Source: Actinomycetes bacterium | GTDB lineage: Bacteria; Actinomycetota; Actinomycetes; S36-B12 | Assembly: GCA_965657825.1 (NCBI GenBank) | Contig: CBFHQG010000002.1 | Span: 2,290 to 66,289, forward strand | Direction: 5' to 3' | DNA: 64,000 bases | In this document: piece after piece, positions 8,896 through 17,554 of the stretch | Position numbering within the stretch: position 1 is the first letter of the stretch | Layout: every line of letters starts with the position of its first letter | Made by a program: the position numbers and the translations under genes | Notes under the pieces: generated by a model | Database searches by the model: none | Told to the model about the DNA's origin: nothing | Seen by the model: only the letters and a program-made list of their open reading frames with translations

Positions 8896-9555
8896 GTGGA
8901 TAGCCTCCTGATCGGAACCCTGCCGTTCGCTGCTGGTGCGGCCGTCAGCCCCGCAGTTCTCACCGTCGTCATCCTCATCCTCGCCAGCGGTGAGCATGCC
9001 CGACGTCGAGCCTGGCTGTTCGCTGCAGGTGGTACCGCCTTCACTGCGCTCTTCATCCTCGTCTGCCGCACGCTGCTGACCCAGGTCGCAGGCTCGGGGA
9101 ACGCACCTGACCCCATCGACCGCATCATCGAGGGTGTTCTCGCACTCGCGCTTGTCGTGCTTGCGCTCCTGCCGTGGCTGCGACACCAGAAGGCGCGATC
9201 CGGTCCTAGTCGGATCCAACGCCTGCTCAGCAGCGACCGTTCCTCGGTCTTCCTCGGTCTCGGCGTAGCAGCCATGGCGCTGAACGGATCGACCCTCATC
9301 ATCGTCCTCGCGGGCAGCCACCACATCACGCAGACCAACGCTGCCCTAGACGCCAAGATCCTCGCCGCCCTCATCCTCCTGATCGGGGCGGTGCTGCCCC
9401 TGGTAATTCCGCCGCTTCTGGTCTCCATCGGCGGCCATCGGATGGATGGCTTCCTGCACAATCTCAACACCTTCTCCCAGGCTCATCAGCGCACGATCAA
9501 CACCGTGATCCTGTTGCTGATCGCCGCGCTGCTTGCCTACAAGGCGCTGGTATAG
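8896..9555 (+). CDS. Polytopic membrane protein, GAP family / Sap-like (paralog of 7496..8161)
   Basis: Collinear similarity to the first copy over the full length (LPFAAGAAVSPAVLTVVILILASG, CRTLLTQV, PSRIQRLLSS, GLGVAAMALNGSTLIIVLAGSHHITQ). Confidence 0.55.
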   Translation: MDSLLIGTLPFAAGAAVSPAVLTVVILILASGEHARRRAWLFAAGGTAFTALFILVCRTLLTQVAGSGNAPDPIDRIIEGVLALALVVLALLPWLRHQKARSGPSRIQRLLSSDRSSVFLGLGVAAMALNGSTLIIVLAGSHHITQTNAALDAKILAALILLIGAVLPLVIPPLLVSIGGHRMDGFLHNLNTFSQAHQRTINTVILLLIAALLAYKALV

Positions 9556-9597
9556 AGCCGAGCCCGGTGTGGTGAGCGCGCGTGTCAGGATGATCAC

Positions 9598-9948
9598 GTG
9601 ATCGAGGTGAACCCCGCGGAGTTCGAGGATCTCGTGGCCGAAGCGCTAGAGGCTGTCCCCGGTGAACTCGCCCGACTCGTCGACAACGTCGTGTTCGTCG
9701 TCGAGGACGACGGTCCACCAGATGACCCGGATCTGCTCGGCCTGTACGAGGGGTTCGCATTGACCGAGCGCGACTACCGATACGCAGGCGCGCTACCAGA
9801 TCGCATCACGATCTATCGCAACCCCACCCTGCGCATCTGCGACACCCTCGAGCACGTCATCGAGGAGGTCACCATCACCGTTGTCCACGAGATAGCTCAC
9901 CACTTCGGCATCGACGACGATCGGTTACACGAACTCGGCTACGACTAG
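9598..9948 (+). CDS. Zincin-like metallopeptidase family protein (small, DUF1025-type)
   Basis: 116 aa with C-terminal HEIAHHFG zinc-binding motif. GTG start. Confidence 0.75.
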   Translation: MIEVNPAEFEDLVAEALEAVPGELARLVDNVVFVVEDDGPPDDPDLLGLYEGFALTERDYRYAGALPDRITIYRNPTLRICDTLEHVIEEVTITVVHEIAHHFGIDDDRLHELGYD

Positions 9949-10583
9949 CGACGAGCGCGGGCGATGTTATCCAGACGCTTCGCATAGGACGCACATCCTT
10001 TCGGGTTCACATGGAACCCATCGGCCCAGAACAGGTACGGACGGTTATTGGTGATCGCGTTCCAGTCGAATACCCGGACGTTGTTGTAGCGCTCAGGCAG
10101 CGCGCGGATCGCCGCGTTCGTGCGCTCTTCGAAGGTGTAGCGGGAGTAGTTGTTAGGCAGTTGAATCGTGACGAAGATGATCAGCCGCTTCCTCCCGATC
10201 GCCTTGACAACTCGGTCGAGGTCAGCGGGGTACGCCCCGCCGTTCGTACCGAGGTGCACCACGACACGTTTCGGCAGGGACGATCGTCGGGCACGCAGGG
10301 TCTCGATTCCGGCTGAGATCTGGCGCGAGCCCACCGCGTCGACGGTGTAGCGGCGCGCCTCCAGGCAGGTGCGGGCCCCGATCATCACCGAATCCCCGAT
10401 GGCGAAGATACGTCCGGAGTACTGCTTCTTGGTGGAGGCCTCTGCCGGTGCGGGAAATGCCAGCACGCTCGCGAGCATCGCGGCGATGGCGATGACGGGC
10501 GCATAGGCGCGAACGTGGCGCTCCGGTGCGCGCAGTAGTCGGTCGACCGCATGATGCGGTGCTAAGACGCGCCAGGCCCTCAC
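9945..10583 (-). CDS. Secreted SGNH/GDSL hydrolase
   Basis: Signal peptide (IAIAAMLASVLAFPAPAEA), block I FAIGDSVMIG, later VVHLGTNG and C-terminal DGFHVNP (block V DxxH). The exact start is uncertain. Confidence 0.7.
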   Translation of the reverse strand: MRAWRVLAPHHAVDRLLRAPERHVRAYAPVIAIAAMLASVLAFPAPAEASTKKQYSGRIFAIGDSVMIGARTCLEARRYTVDAVGSRQISAGIETLRARRSSLPKRVVVHLGTNGGAYPADLDRVVKAIGRKRLIIFVTIQLPNNYSRYTFEERTNAAIRALPERYNNVRVFDWNAITNNRPYLFWADGFHVNPKGCASYAKRLDNIARARR

Positions 10584-10619
10584 GAAGTCGATAGTAGGTC
10601 GCGCGCAAACTTCGGGGGA

Positions 10620-10666
10620 TTCTTCGGGCGATAGCTGCCCAATATGGGCGCGAATCGCCCGAAGAA
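10620..10666 (-). terminator. Hairpin directly after the Sua5 gene stop (13-bp perfect stem, 21-nt loop)
   Basis: ttcttcgggcgat (10620-10632) pairs with atcgcccgaagaa (10654-10666). No U-tract. Coordinates +/-1. Confidence 0.4.
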
Positions 10667-10669
10667 GGG

Positions 10670-11689
10670 CTAGCGGGGGGCGGCCGCGCGCTGGAGGCGA
10701 TCGAGGACCGCCTCAACCGGGCCGTCATCGGGGGTCGGTGGGATTGCGAGCACCAGGGCGAGGTCATCGGTATCGGCGCGGCGAAGCGCGGCATACAGGC
10801 TGCGGGCGTAGTCGTCGCTGCCCTGCGGTGACGCGAGTCGTTGCACGCCCTCGGGAGTGGGCTCGCTCGCCGGTGCGATCAAACCGACCCGCTGGGCTTG
10901 CGCACCGATCTCGACATGGGCCATGAGGAGAGCCAATGCTGCCTGGAGATCGGGGCTGATGATCACCTGCGCTCGAGGGGCGTAGTGGGAGGGCAGGGAG
11001 CCGGGCACGCGGATATCGCTGACCCCGTCGTGCATCTGCTGCGGCGTGCAATCGCAGACAGCGGCGATCTCATCGACAGTCACTCCACCGGGACGCAGAA
11101 TGCGCGGAAGATCACCGGTGCAGTCGACGATCGTGGACTCCACTCCCACCTCGCTGGGGCCACCGTCCAGCATGACGTCGTCCGGCCCGAGCCGATCAGC
11201 CAACTCATCGGCAGCATGCTCGAGGGAGGTGGGCGAGACGCGGCCGAAGACATTCGCGCTCGGTGCGGCAACACCATGCGGCGCACCCTGCGGATCGAGT
11301 TCATCCATGCGCCGCAGGACCGCAGCGGCCACCGGATGGGAGGGCACGCGGATAGCAACCGTCGCCTGCCCACCGGTGACGATGTCGGGAGTGCGTGGCC
11401 CGCGCGGTACGACGAGGGTGAGGGGTCCGGGCCAGAACTCCTCGGCTAACAGGCGGGGGAGTGGAGCGGCGTCGGCACCCCAGGTGTTGGACAGGGCGGC
11501 GAGCCCGTCGGCGACGTGCACGATGAGTGGGTGACCGGCAGGACGCCCCTTCACCTGGTAAATGCGTTGCACCGCGACGGGATCATCGGCTCGAGCGGCA
11601 AGGCCATAGACCGTCTCGGTGGGCAACACGACGAGCGCGCCGTCGAGGAGTGCCTGAGCAGCGGCGTCGATGGAGGTCGGCGCCGTCAC
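10670..11689 (-). CDS. L-threonylcarbamoyladenylate synthase (Sua5/YwlC long form)
   Basis: LDGALVVLPTETVYGLAA, KGRPAGHPLIVHV, PSAN motifs plus a Sua5 C-terminal domain. The GTG start overlaps the upstream stop (GTGA). Confidence 0.85.
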   Translation of the reverse strand: MTAPTSIDAAAQALLDGALVVLPTETVYGLAARADDPVAVQRIYQVKGRPAGHPLIVHVADGLAALSNTWGADAAPLPRLLAEEFWPGPLTLVVPRGPRTPDIVTGGQATVAIRVPSHPVAAAVLRRMDELDPQGAPHGVAAPSANVFGRVSPTSLEHAADELADRLGPDDVMLDGGPSEVGVESTIVDCTGDLPRILRPGGVTVDEIAAVCDCTPQQMHDGVSDIRVPGSLPSHYAPRAQVIISPDLQAALALLMAHVEIGAQAQRVGLIAPASEPTPEGVQRLASPQGSDDYARSLYAALRRADTDDLALVLAIPPTPDDGPVEAVLDRLQRAAAPR

Positions 11690-13137
11690 CTCGCGTCAGG
11701 CCCGATCTCGCGTCCGGTTCGGGGCGTGTCTCCGTCGATATCGAAAACCATCGCGTGACCACCCGATGCGAATGCATCGTCGGGAGCCTCGGTGCGTGAA
11801 CCCTCGAGCAGTGACTGAAGCACGACGAGATTGTAATGCGCCGCATGGCGAGCTTCTGCTGATTCGGTAGCGATGACCTCGGGGATCTGCGCATAGGCCT
11901 CGACCGCTGCCGAGTATCGCGAGTGTGCAGCGTCATGAGACCCGAGTCGGGCAAGGAGTGCACCGGCCTCCTGATGGCAACCGGCAGCCCGATCGGTCAT
12001 GCCCTCTGCGTCATACCCGGCGCGTGCTGCATCGAGAAGTGCGATCGCCTCCACGGCTTCGCCAGGGTCGCCGGTGCGTGCTCGCGCCACTGCCTCACCA
12101 TGCTGGGCGTCAGACAACCGCACCGGGTCACCTGATGCCTCCGCTGCTGTCACCGCCTCGGCGAATGCTTCGATGGCGCGAGTGGAGTCACCGGCGTCAT
12201 CCATGGTCGTCGCCAGGGCGCCAAGCAGATCGGCCTGCATCCCGGCGTCGGCTTCACCGCGTGCGACGAGCGTGCGCGCAGCAGTAGCCGATCTCCGCAG
12301 GACCTCCACGGCCCGGGAGTACTGACCGTCTGCCGTGAGTCTCTGGGCAAGTCCAGGGCCGGCGAGGGCGACCGCACGATCCTCACCCAGCGCGGCGAAG
12401 GATTCGAAGGCCTCGATGAGACTGAGCAGCGCGTCATCATCACGCCCGGTACCGGCGAGCGCGGCGCCCAGAACCTGACGGACTCGCGCCTGCAGATACG
12501 GATCGTCATCGCAGTCGCGAAGGAGGAGCAGCGATTCGCGGACGGCTTCGGCGAAGCGGCCGTCCTCGGTGAGGAGGGCGGCATGCTCGTATCGGGCCTG
12601 TCGGCGCTCGACCTCGGGCAGGGCAGCGTCGTGGGAGGCACGACCGCTGGCAGCCAGCGCGTCCGCCCCCGTGCCGGATGCGCGGGCGAGCCGATCAGAG
12701 ATGACGTCGAGGGCTTTGCGCAGGTCGCGGCGCCGCCACCCCTTCGTGAAGGGTCGGGCGGCCTCGATCGCCGCGTGCGCCTCGCCGAGTCGACCGAGCT
12801 GCTCGTACGCGCCGGCCTGCCCCACGCGCACCCATGCCTCCAGGGTGTCCAGATCGCCGAGGTTCTCACCGGGCGGAGCGAGGGAGAGAGACGCGATGCT
12901 CAGCAGACGCATTCGTTCGTGCTCCCCGTCGGTGCGCAGCAGGTCCAGATAGCCCTCCGCCTCGGCGAGGTCCTCGAGGGCCTGCGCGGGCTGGCCCAGG
13001 GTGAGCAGGGCATGCCCGGCCTGGGTCAGGGCCAGCGCAACGGCGAAGGAGGATCCCTGGGCGCGGGCGGCCTCGGCGTCGGCACGGGCCTGGGCCAAGA
13101 CGGCCTCCGCCGGGTGCTCCTCGGGACCGGTCGACAT
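11686..13137 (-). CDS. TPR-like helical repeat protein, function unknown
   Basis: 483 aa, Ala/Leu/Glu-rich with repeated A..A...L..AL helical-hairpin pattern. Translationally coupled to the Sua5 gene. Confidence 0.55.
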   Translation of the reverse strand: MSTGPEEHPAEAVLAQARADAEAARAQGSSFAVALALTQAGHALLTLGQPAQALEDLAEAEGYLDLLRTDGEHERMRLLSIASLSLAPPGENLGDLDTLEAWVRVGQAGAYEQLGRLGEAHAAIEAARPFTKGWRRRDLRKALDVISDRLARASGTGADALAASGRASHDAALPEVERRQARYEHAALLTEDGRFAEAVRESLLLLRDCDDDPYLQARVRQVLGAALAGTGRDDDALLSLIEAFESFAALGEDRAVALAGPGLAQRLTADGQYSRAVEVLRRSATAARTLVARGEADAGMQADLLGALATTMDDAGDSTRAIEAFAEAVTAAEASGDPVRLSDAQHGEAVARARTGDPGEAVEAIALLDAARAGYDAEGMTDRAAGCHQEAGALLARLGSHDAAHSRYSAAVEAYAQIPEVIATESAEARHAAHYNLVVLQSLLEGSRTEAPDDAFASGGHAMVFDIDGDTPRTGREIGPDAR

Positions 13138-13266
13138 CCCCCCAGCATGCCCGATCAGCGTGTGACGCCGGCATGGAACCAGTCACGCCGTTCCACCCCC
13201 GCCACTGAACACAGGGGGTGCTGATGGAGGAAGGAGGTGCCGATCACGAAGAGGGGACGGTGCGGA

Positions 13267-13302
13267 GGAATGTAAGAGAGGAATGTAAGAACTGTGTAAG
13301 AG
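13267..13302 (+). promoter_or_regulatory. Three direct repeats containing TGTAAGA (candidate response-regulator site) upstream of the HtrA-like gene
   Basis: ggaatgtaagag-a-ggaatgtaagaa-c-tgtgtaagag. TGTAAGA cores start at 13271, 13284 and 13295 (spacing 13 and 11 nt). AT-rich patch in a GC-rich divergent intergenic region, 110-140 nt upstream of 13409. Confidence 0.35.
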
Positions 13303-13408
13303 GACCGTTCGCAGACCGGTTCCGGGGAACATTCGCGCCCCTCCAGGGCGTCTCATAGGAGGTAGTGGCCACCCCCCGCGCGCTCGGGGAGCAGACCCTG
13401 GAGGCATT

Positions 13409-14761
13409 GTGAGTACCGTGCACCCGACGAATCCGTATGACGCCGATCCCTACGCCTACGATCCCCACTCGGGCGACCCCTACCGGGACGATTCCAACAC
13501 GGGCGTTCCCAACACGGGTGATCCCTATGCGCAGGTGTACGGCGCACACGACCCCTATGCGGGCACCTACGGCCAGCCGACCTACGGGCAGCCCAGTTAC
13601 GGGCAGGCCGGATACGACTGGTCGGCGATCCCCCCGGCACCCGCGCCCATTCCGCCTACGCCCCCCACACCACCGAGCAGGGGTAGCGGCGGTCGGTGGG
13701 CGGTCCTAGGCATCGCGGTCGCCGCGAGCGCGCTGGTCGCCGGCACCGTCGGGGGAGCGGTCGGGTTCACCGCCGCGCGACTGACCGCGCCGGATGCCAC
13801 CGCCACGACGGTCATCTCCGGAGGGGGTTCCGCGGGTACGGCCCAGCCGCCGAGCCCCGCGGCCGATGGTTCCATCGCGGCGGTCGCCGAGGCCCTGCAG
13901 CCGTCGGTGGTCCAGTTGAACGTCGCCGGTAATGGCGCGGCCGGCACCGGCTCAGGGTTCATCATCCGCGAGGACGGCTACATCCTGACCAATAACCACG
14001 TCACGGCCGGCGGCACATCGATCGAGATCTCCTTCGCCGATGGCACCACTGCGCGCGGTGAGCTCATCGGAGCGAATCCCGGCTACGACCTCGCCGTGGT
14101 GAAGGTCGATCGAACAGGTCTGCCGGCGGTCACCCTCGGATCGTCAGCCGCACTCAAGGTGGGTGACACCGCGATCGCCCTCGGCTCACCGCTGGGGCTT
14201 CAAGGCACCGTCACCTCCGGAATCGTCAGTGCGCTGGATCGCCCGGTGACGGCAGGTGGTCAGGGGGAGACGGCGTTCATCAACGCGATCCAGACCGATG
14301 CGGCGATCAACCCCGGTAACTCCGGTGGCCCGCTCGTTGACGGCAATGGCGCGGTGATCGGGATCAACTCCGCGATCGCCACCCTGGGTGGCTCCTTTGC
14401 CGGTCAAGCCGGATCCATCGGCTTGGGTTTCGCGATCCCGATCGACACCGCCAATCGCATCGCCAGTGAGATCATCGCCACCGGCACCTCGACCACACCC
14501 ATCATCGGAGTCACCCTCGACATCACATACTCCGGTCCGGGGGCGCGCGTCAACGGCGTCACCCCCGATGGCCCGGCAGAGCAGGCGGGGATCCGCGATG
14601 GCGACATCATCACCGAGCTAGATGGCAATCTGATCGCCGACTCCACCGATCTCATCGTCGACATCCGGTCCCTGGCACCGGGTGACACGGTCGCCCTCAC
14701 GGTCGAGCGCGACGGGGCAACCCGGACCGTGGAGGTAACGCTGGGTTCACAACAGGACTGA
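13409..14761 (+). CDS. HtrA/DegP-family trypsin-like serine protease with PDZ domain
   Basis: N-terminal DPY/Tyr-Pro-rich low-complexity region, TM, catalytic TNNHV..D..GNSGGPL motifs, C-terminal PDZ (GVTPDGPAEQAGIRDGDIITELDG). Confidence 0.85.
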   Translation: MSTVHPTNPYDADPYAYDPHSGDPYRDDSNTGVPNTGDPYAQVYGAHDPYAGTYGQPTYGQPSYGQAGYDWSAIPPAPAPIPPTPPTPPSRGSGGRWAVLGIAVAASALVAGTVGGAVGFTAARLTAPDATATTVISGGGSAGTAQPPSPAADGSIAAVAEALQPSVVQLNVAGNGAAGTGSGFIIREDGYILTNNHVTAGGTSIEISFADGTTARGELIGANPGYDLAVVKVDRTGLPAVTLGSSAALKVGDTAIALGSPLGLQGTVTSGIVSALDRPVTAGGQGETAFINAIQTDAAINPGNSGGPLVDGNGAVIGINSAIATLGGSFAGQAGSIGLGFAIPIDTANRIASEIIATGTSTTPIIGVTLDITYSGPGARVNGVTPDGPAEQAGIRDGDIITELDGNLIADSTDLIVDIRSLAPGDTVALTVERDGATRTVEVTLGSQQD

Positions 14762-14808
14762 TTCGTCCCTCGAGGACGCCCGTTCTGGCACGCGGTACCT
14801 AGCCGACC

Positions 14809-14844
14809 CGCGCCGGACGCCCACCCCCCGTGGCGTCCGGCGCG
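14809..14844. terminator. Bidirectional terminator-like hairpin between convergent genes
   Basis: cgcgccggacgcc (14809-14821) pairs with ggcgtccggcgcg (14832-14844): a 13-bp perfect GC-rich stem with a 10-nt loop. Confidence 0.5.
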
Positions 14845-14869
14845 GTGTCGTTCTGTGATGCCAATGGGT

Positions 14870-16369
14870 TCAGGCGGGATCCACGACGGCAGCGCAGCCA
14901 CCTCGTCGGGCGTCCCCGATCGCCTCGGTCGTGCCGTCGACATTGAGTCGCACCGCGTGCACTCCACCGAAGAACAGATCCCGCTGCGGCCACCACCGGA
15001 CCGTGCCGACATCCGACCAGGTGTCGAAGGTGTCGGGATCGATTCCCGGCTCGACTTCGATCCCGTTGGCAGTGGCATGCACTCGCGGACCGGTAACCGC
15101 ATCGCGCAGAGTTGACTGCTCATCGATCAGGCGAGTGAGTACCGCAACGTGCGCCGAACGGATGCGTTCGCTGCCGCCACTGCCGAAGGTGACACGTGCA
15201 CCATCGGGCAGGTCCACCATGGTCGGTGTCATCATCGAACCCATCCGGACCCCGGGTGGCAGCGCATGTAGCCCTGTGGGATTCAGGTCCTCTTCACCCA
15301 GCATGTTGTTCAACTGGACACCATCGACCTGGGTCCCCGAAGAGGATCCATTCGACGTGGTGCACGTCGCCATGCGCCCTCGAGCATCGATGACCGAGAT
15401 GCTCGTGGTGCCACGAGAGACGGTCATCGATTGCGCTGCGAGGTCACGAGATCTCTGCTGGGCGGTCGCTTCGCGCAGTGATCGTGCGACGCGCGCCCAA
15501 TCGACGGTGGGTTGTTCATCGATGCCGCCGAGCGCCTCGAGGACGATCGTGCCTCCGAAGGACGGGGGCGGATTGGTCCACACCTGAGCGCTGCCTCGCA
15601 TCATCGTCAGCGGCGTCCGCAGTCGCGGGGTGTACGTGGACAGGTCCTCAGCGGTGATCAAACCGTCGTGGTCCGCCATGCCGCGTAGCAGCGGATCGGC
15701 GAAGACCGGATCGGTCATCGTCGCGCCGGCAGCAAGGGCGCTGAGCAGTTGCGCATACCCAGGATTGACGAAGGGTGCACCCTCCATCGCCGATGCGTAC
15801 ACTGCCGCGCTCGCAGGGGTTACCGCGAGGACATCGGCAACCAGGCGAAGGAAATCCCGCTGGATGTCATCGAGGACCACTCCGTGTCGAGCCAACTCGA
15901 TCGCGGGAGCCACGATCCGAGCCAGTGGTAGTGAACCCCAGCGGGCATGGGCATCGAGATAGCCGGCGAAGCAGCCGGGGACGGCGACCGAAGCCCAGCC
16001 AGCGTGGAACACCTGCTCAGCCTGGGGTTGATCAGGCCGACCGAACACCACCCGGACACTTGTCATCGATGCGTGACGGGGTTGGCCGCCCAGCCCGGGA
16101 GTATCGACGAAGAAGTCGAGGTACTGCGGAACCCCCGTGGGCTCGGCATGCAGGAGGAATCCGCCACCGCCGAGGCTGGACAGCACGGGTTCGGTCATCG
16201 CTGCGGCGAACATGCCGGCGAGGGCGGCGTCCACTGCAGATCCACCCTCCTGCAGGACTGTCGCCGCTGCGGAGACCGTGGACGATGAGCCGCCTGCGGC
16301 AACGGCCGAACCGGGGGCGCCGATGACGTGCTCAGCGATACGGATCCGGCCACCGGTTCCCTCGGACAT
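14870..16369 (-). CDS. ggt: Gamma-glutamyltransferase family protein
   Basis: Trimmed to the in-frame ATG at 16369 (MSEGTGGRIRIAEHV...). GGT-like signature including the autoprocessing-site-like SRGTTSISVID and GGSERI motifs. Confidence 0.75.
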   Translation of the reverse strand: MSEGTGGRIRIAEHVIGAPGSAVAAGGSSSTVSAAATVLQEGGSAVDAALAGMFAAAMTEPVLSSLGGGGFLLHAEPTGVPQYLDFFVDTPGLGGQPRHASMTSVRVVFGRPDQPQAEQVFHAGWASVAVPGCFAGYLDAHARWGSLPLARIVAPAIELARHGVVLDDIQRDFLRLVADVLAVTPASAAVYASAMEGAPFVNPGYAQLLSALAAGATMTDPVFADPLLRGMADHDGLITAEDLSTYTPRLRTPLTMMRGSAQVWTNPPPSFGGTIVLEALGGIDEQPTVDWARVARSLREATAQQRSRDLAAQSMTVSRGTTSISVIDARGRMATCTTSNGSSSGTQVDGVQLNNMLGEEDLNPTGLHALPPGVRMGSMMTPTMVDLPDGARVTFGSGGSERIRSAHVAVLTRLIDEQSTLRDAVTGPRVHATANGIEVEPGIDPDTFDTWSDVGTVRWWPQRDLFFGGVHAVRLNVDGTTEAIGDARRGGCAAVVDPA

Positions 16370-16405
16370 GCCCCGCACGCTAGCGCTGGTGCTTAGGCTG
16401 GTGCG

Positions 16406-17554
16406 ATGGCCCTGGATTTCAACGCCTCTCCCACCGCCAGTCTCGGTATCGAACTCGAACTCGGCCTTGTCGATGTGGAGAAGGGCGGTCTGGTGTGCGC
16501 GGCCTCGCAGATCCTCGATGAGATCGGTGCCCCCCATCCCGAGGGTGAGCATCCCCGGATCAAACACGAGTTGTTCGAGTCGACCGTCGAAGTCGTCACG
16601 GGGGTGTGCACCACGGTGCGCGAGGCGCGCGCCGATCTAGCGGAGAGCATTCGCGAACTCGATGCGGCGTGCGCGAGCCGCGGCATTGGTCTCATCGGTT
16701 TGGGTCTGCATCCCTTCACCAATTGGCACGACCTGACGCGCAGTCCCGGTGAACGCTATGAGCGACTCGTCGATCGCATTGCCTGGCCCGCACGTCGACT
16801 CATGACGCACGGGATGCACATTCACGTGGGTGTTCGCAGTGGCGAGAAGGCGATTGCGACGGTGAACACCCTGAGCGGATACCTGCCGATATTCCTCGCG
16901 CTTTCCGCGTCGAGCCCACACTGGCACGGCCAGGACACCGGATTGGCGTCCGCACGGACGAAGGTATTCGAGGCCATGCCGACCACAGGTCTGCCGCCTC
17001 ACCTGAGCGATTGGGCGGAGTTCAACGCCTTCCTCGACACACTCATCGCTGCTGGATCCATCGAGACGGTGCGCGAGGTGTGGTGGGACATCAGACCGCA
17101 TCCAGGATTCGGCACGGTCGAACTCCGCATGTGTGATGCGACGCCCACGTTGAGGGAGGCGGGAGCGATGGCGGCCCTCGCCCAGTGCCTGGTGCAGTGG
17201 TGTGATGACGTGATCGAGTCCGGGGAGCGACTACCGGTGCCCCGGGAGTGGGTGCGCAGAGAGAATAAGTGGCGAGCGGCACGGTACGGGCTGGATGCCG
17301 AACTCGTCCTCGATGATGCAGGTCATACCCGTCCCCTTCGTGAGGTGACGGTGGATCTTGTCGAGGATCTGATGCCGCTGGCTGAGCGGTTGGATTGCGT
17401 CGACGATCTGCGCGAGGTGCTGAGGATTCTGCAGCAGGGGGCGAGTTACGAGCGCCAGCGTGTGCTGCTCGCGACGGGTGCGACGCTGGAGGACATCGTC
17501 GCGGTGGCGCGTCAGGAATTGCGTGAAGAGGTCGCGGGAGGCACGCCGCGGTGA
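16406..17554 (+). CDS. Carboxylate-amine ligase, glutamate-cysteine ligase family 2 (YbdK-type)
   Basis: SLGIELELGLVD N-terminus, HIHVGV, EVWWDIRPHPGFGTVELRMCD motifs typical of GCS2. Confidence 0.8.
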   Translation: MALDFNASPTASLGIELELGLVDVEKGGLVCAASQILDEIGAPHPEGEHPRIKHELFESTVEVVTGVCTTVREARADLAESIRELDAACASRGIGLIGLGLHPFTNWHDLTRSPGERYERLVDRIAWPARRLMTHGMHIHVGVRSGEKAIATVNTLSGYLPIFLALSASSPHWHGQDTGLASARTKVFEAMPTTGLPPHLSDWAEFNAFLDTLIAAGSIETVREVWWDIRPHPGFGTVELRMCDATPTLREAGAMAALAQCLVQWCDDVIESGERLPVPREWVRRENKWRAARYGLDAELVLDDAGHTRPLREVTVDLVEDLMPLAERLDCVDDLREVLRILQQGASYERQRVLLATGATLEDIVAVARQELREEVAGGTPR

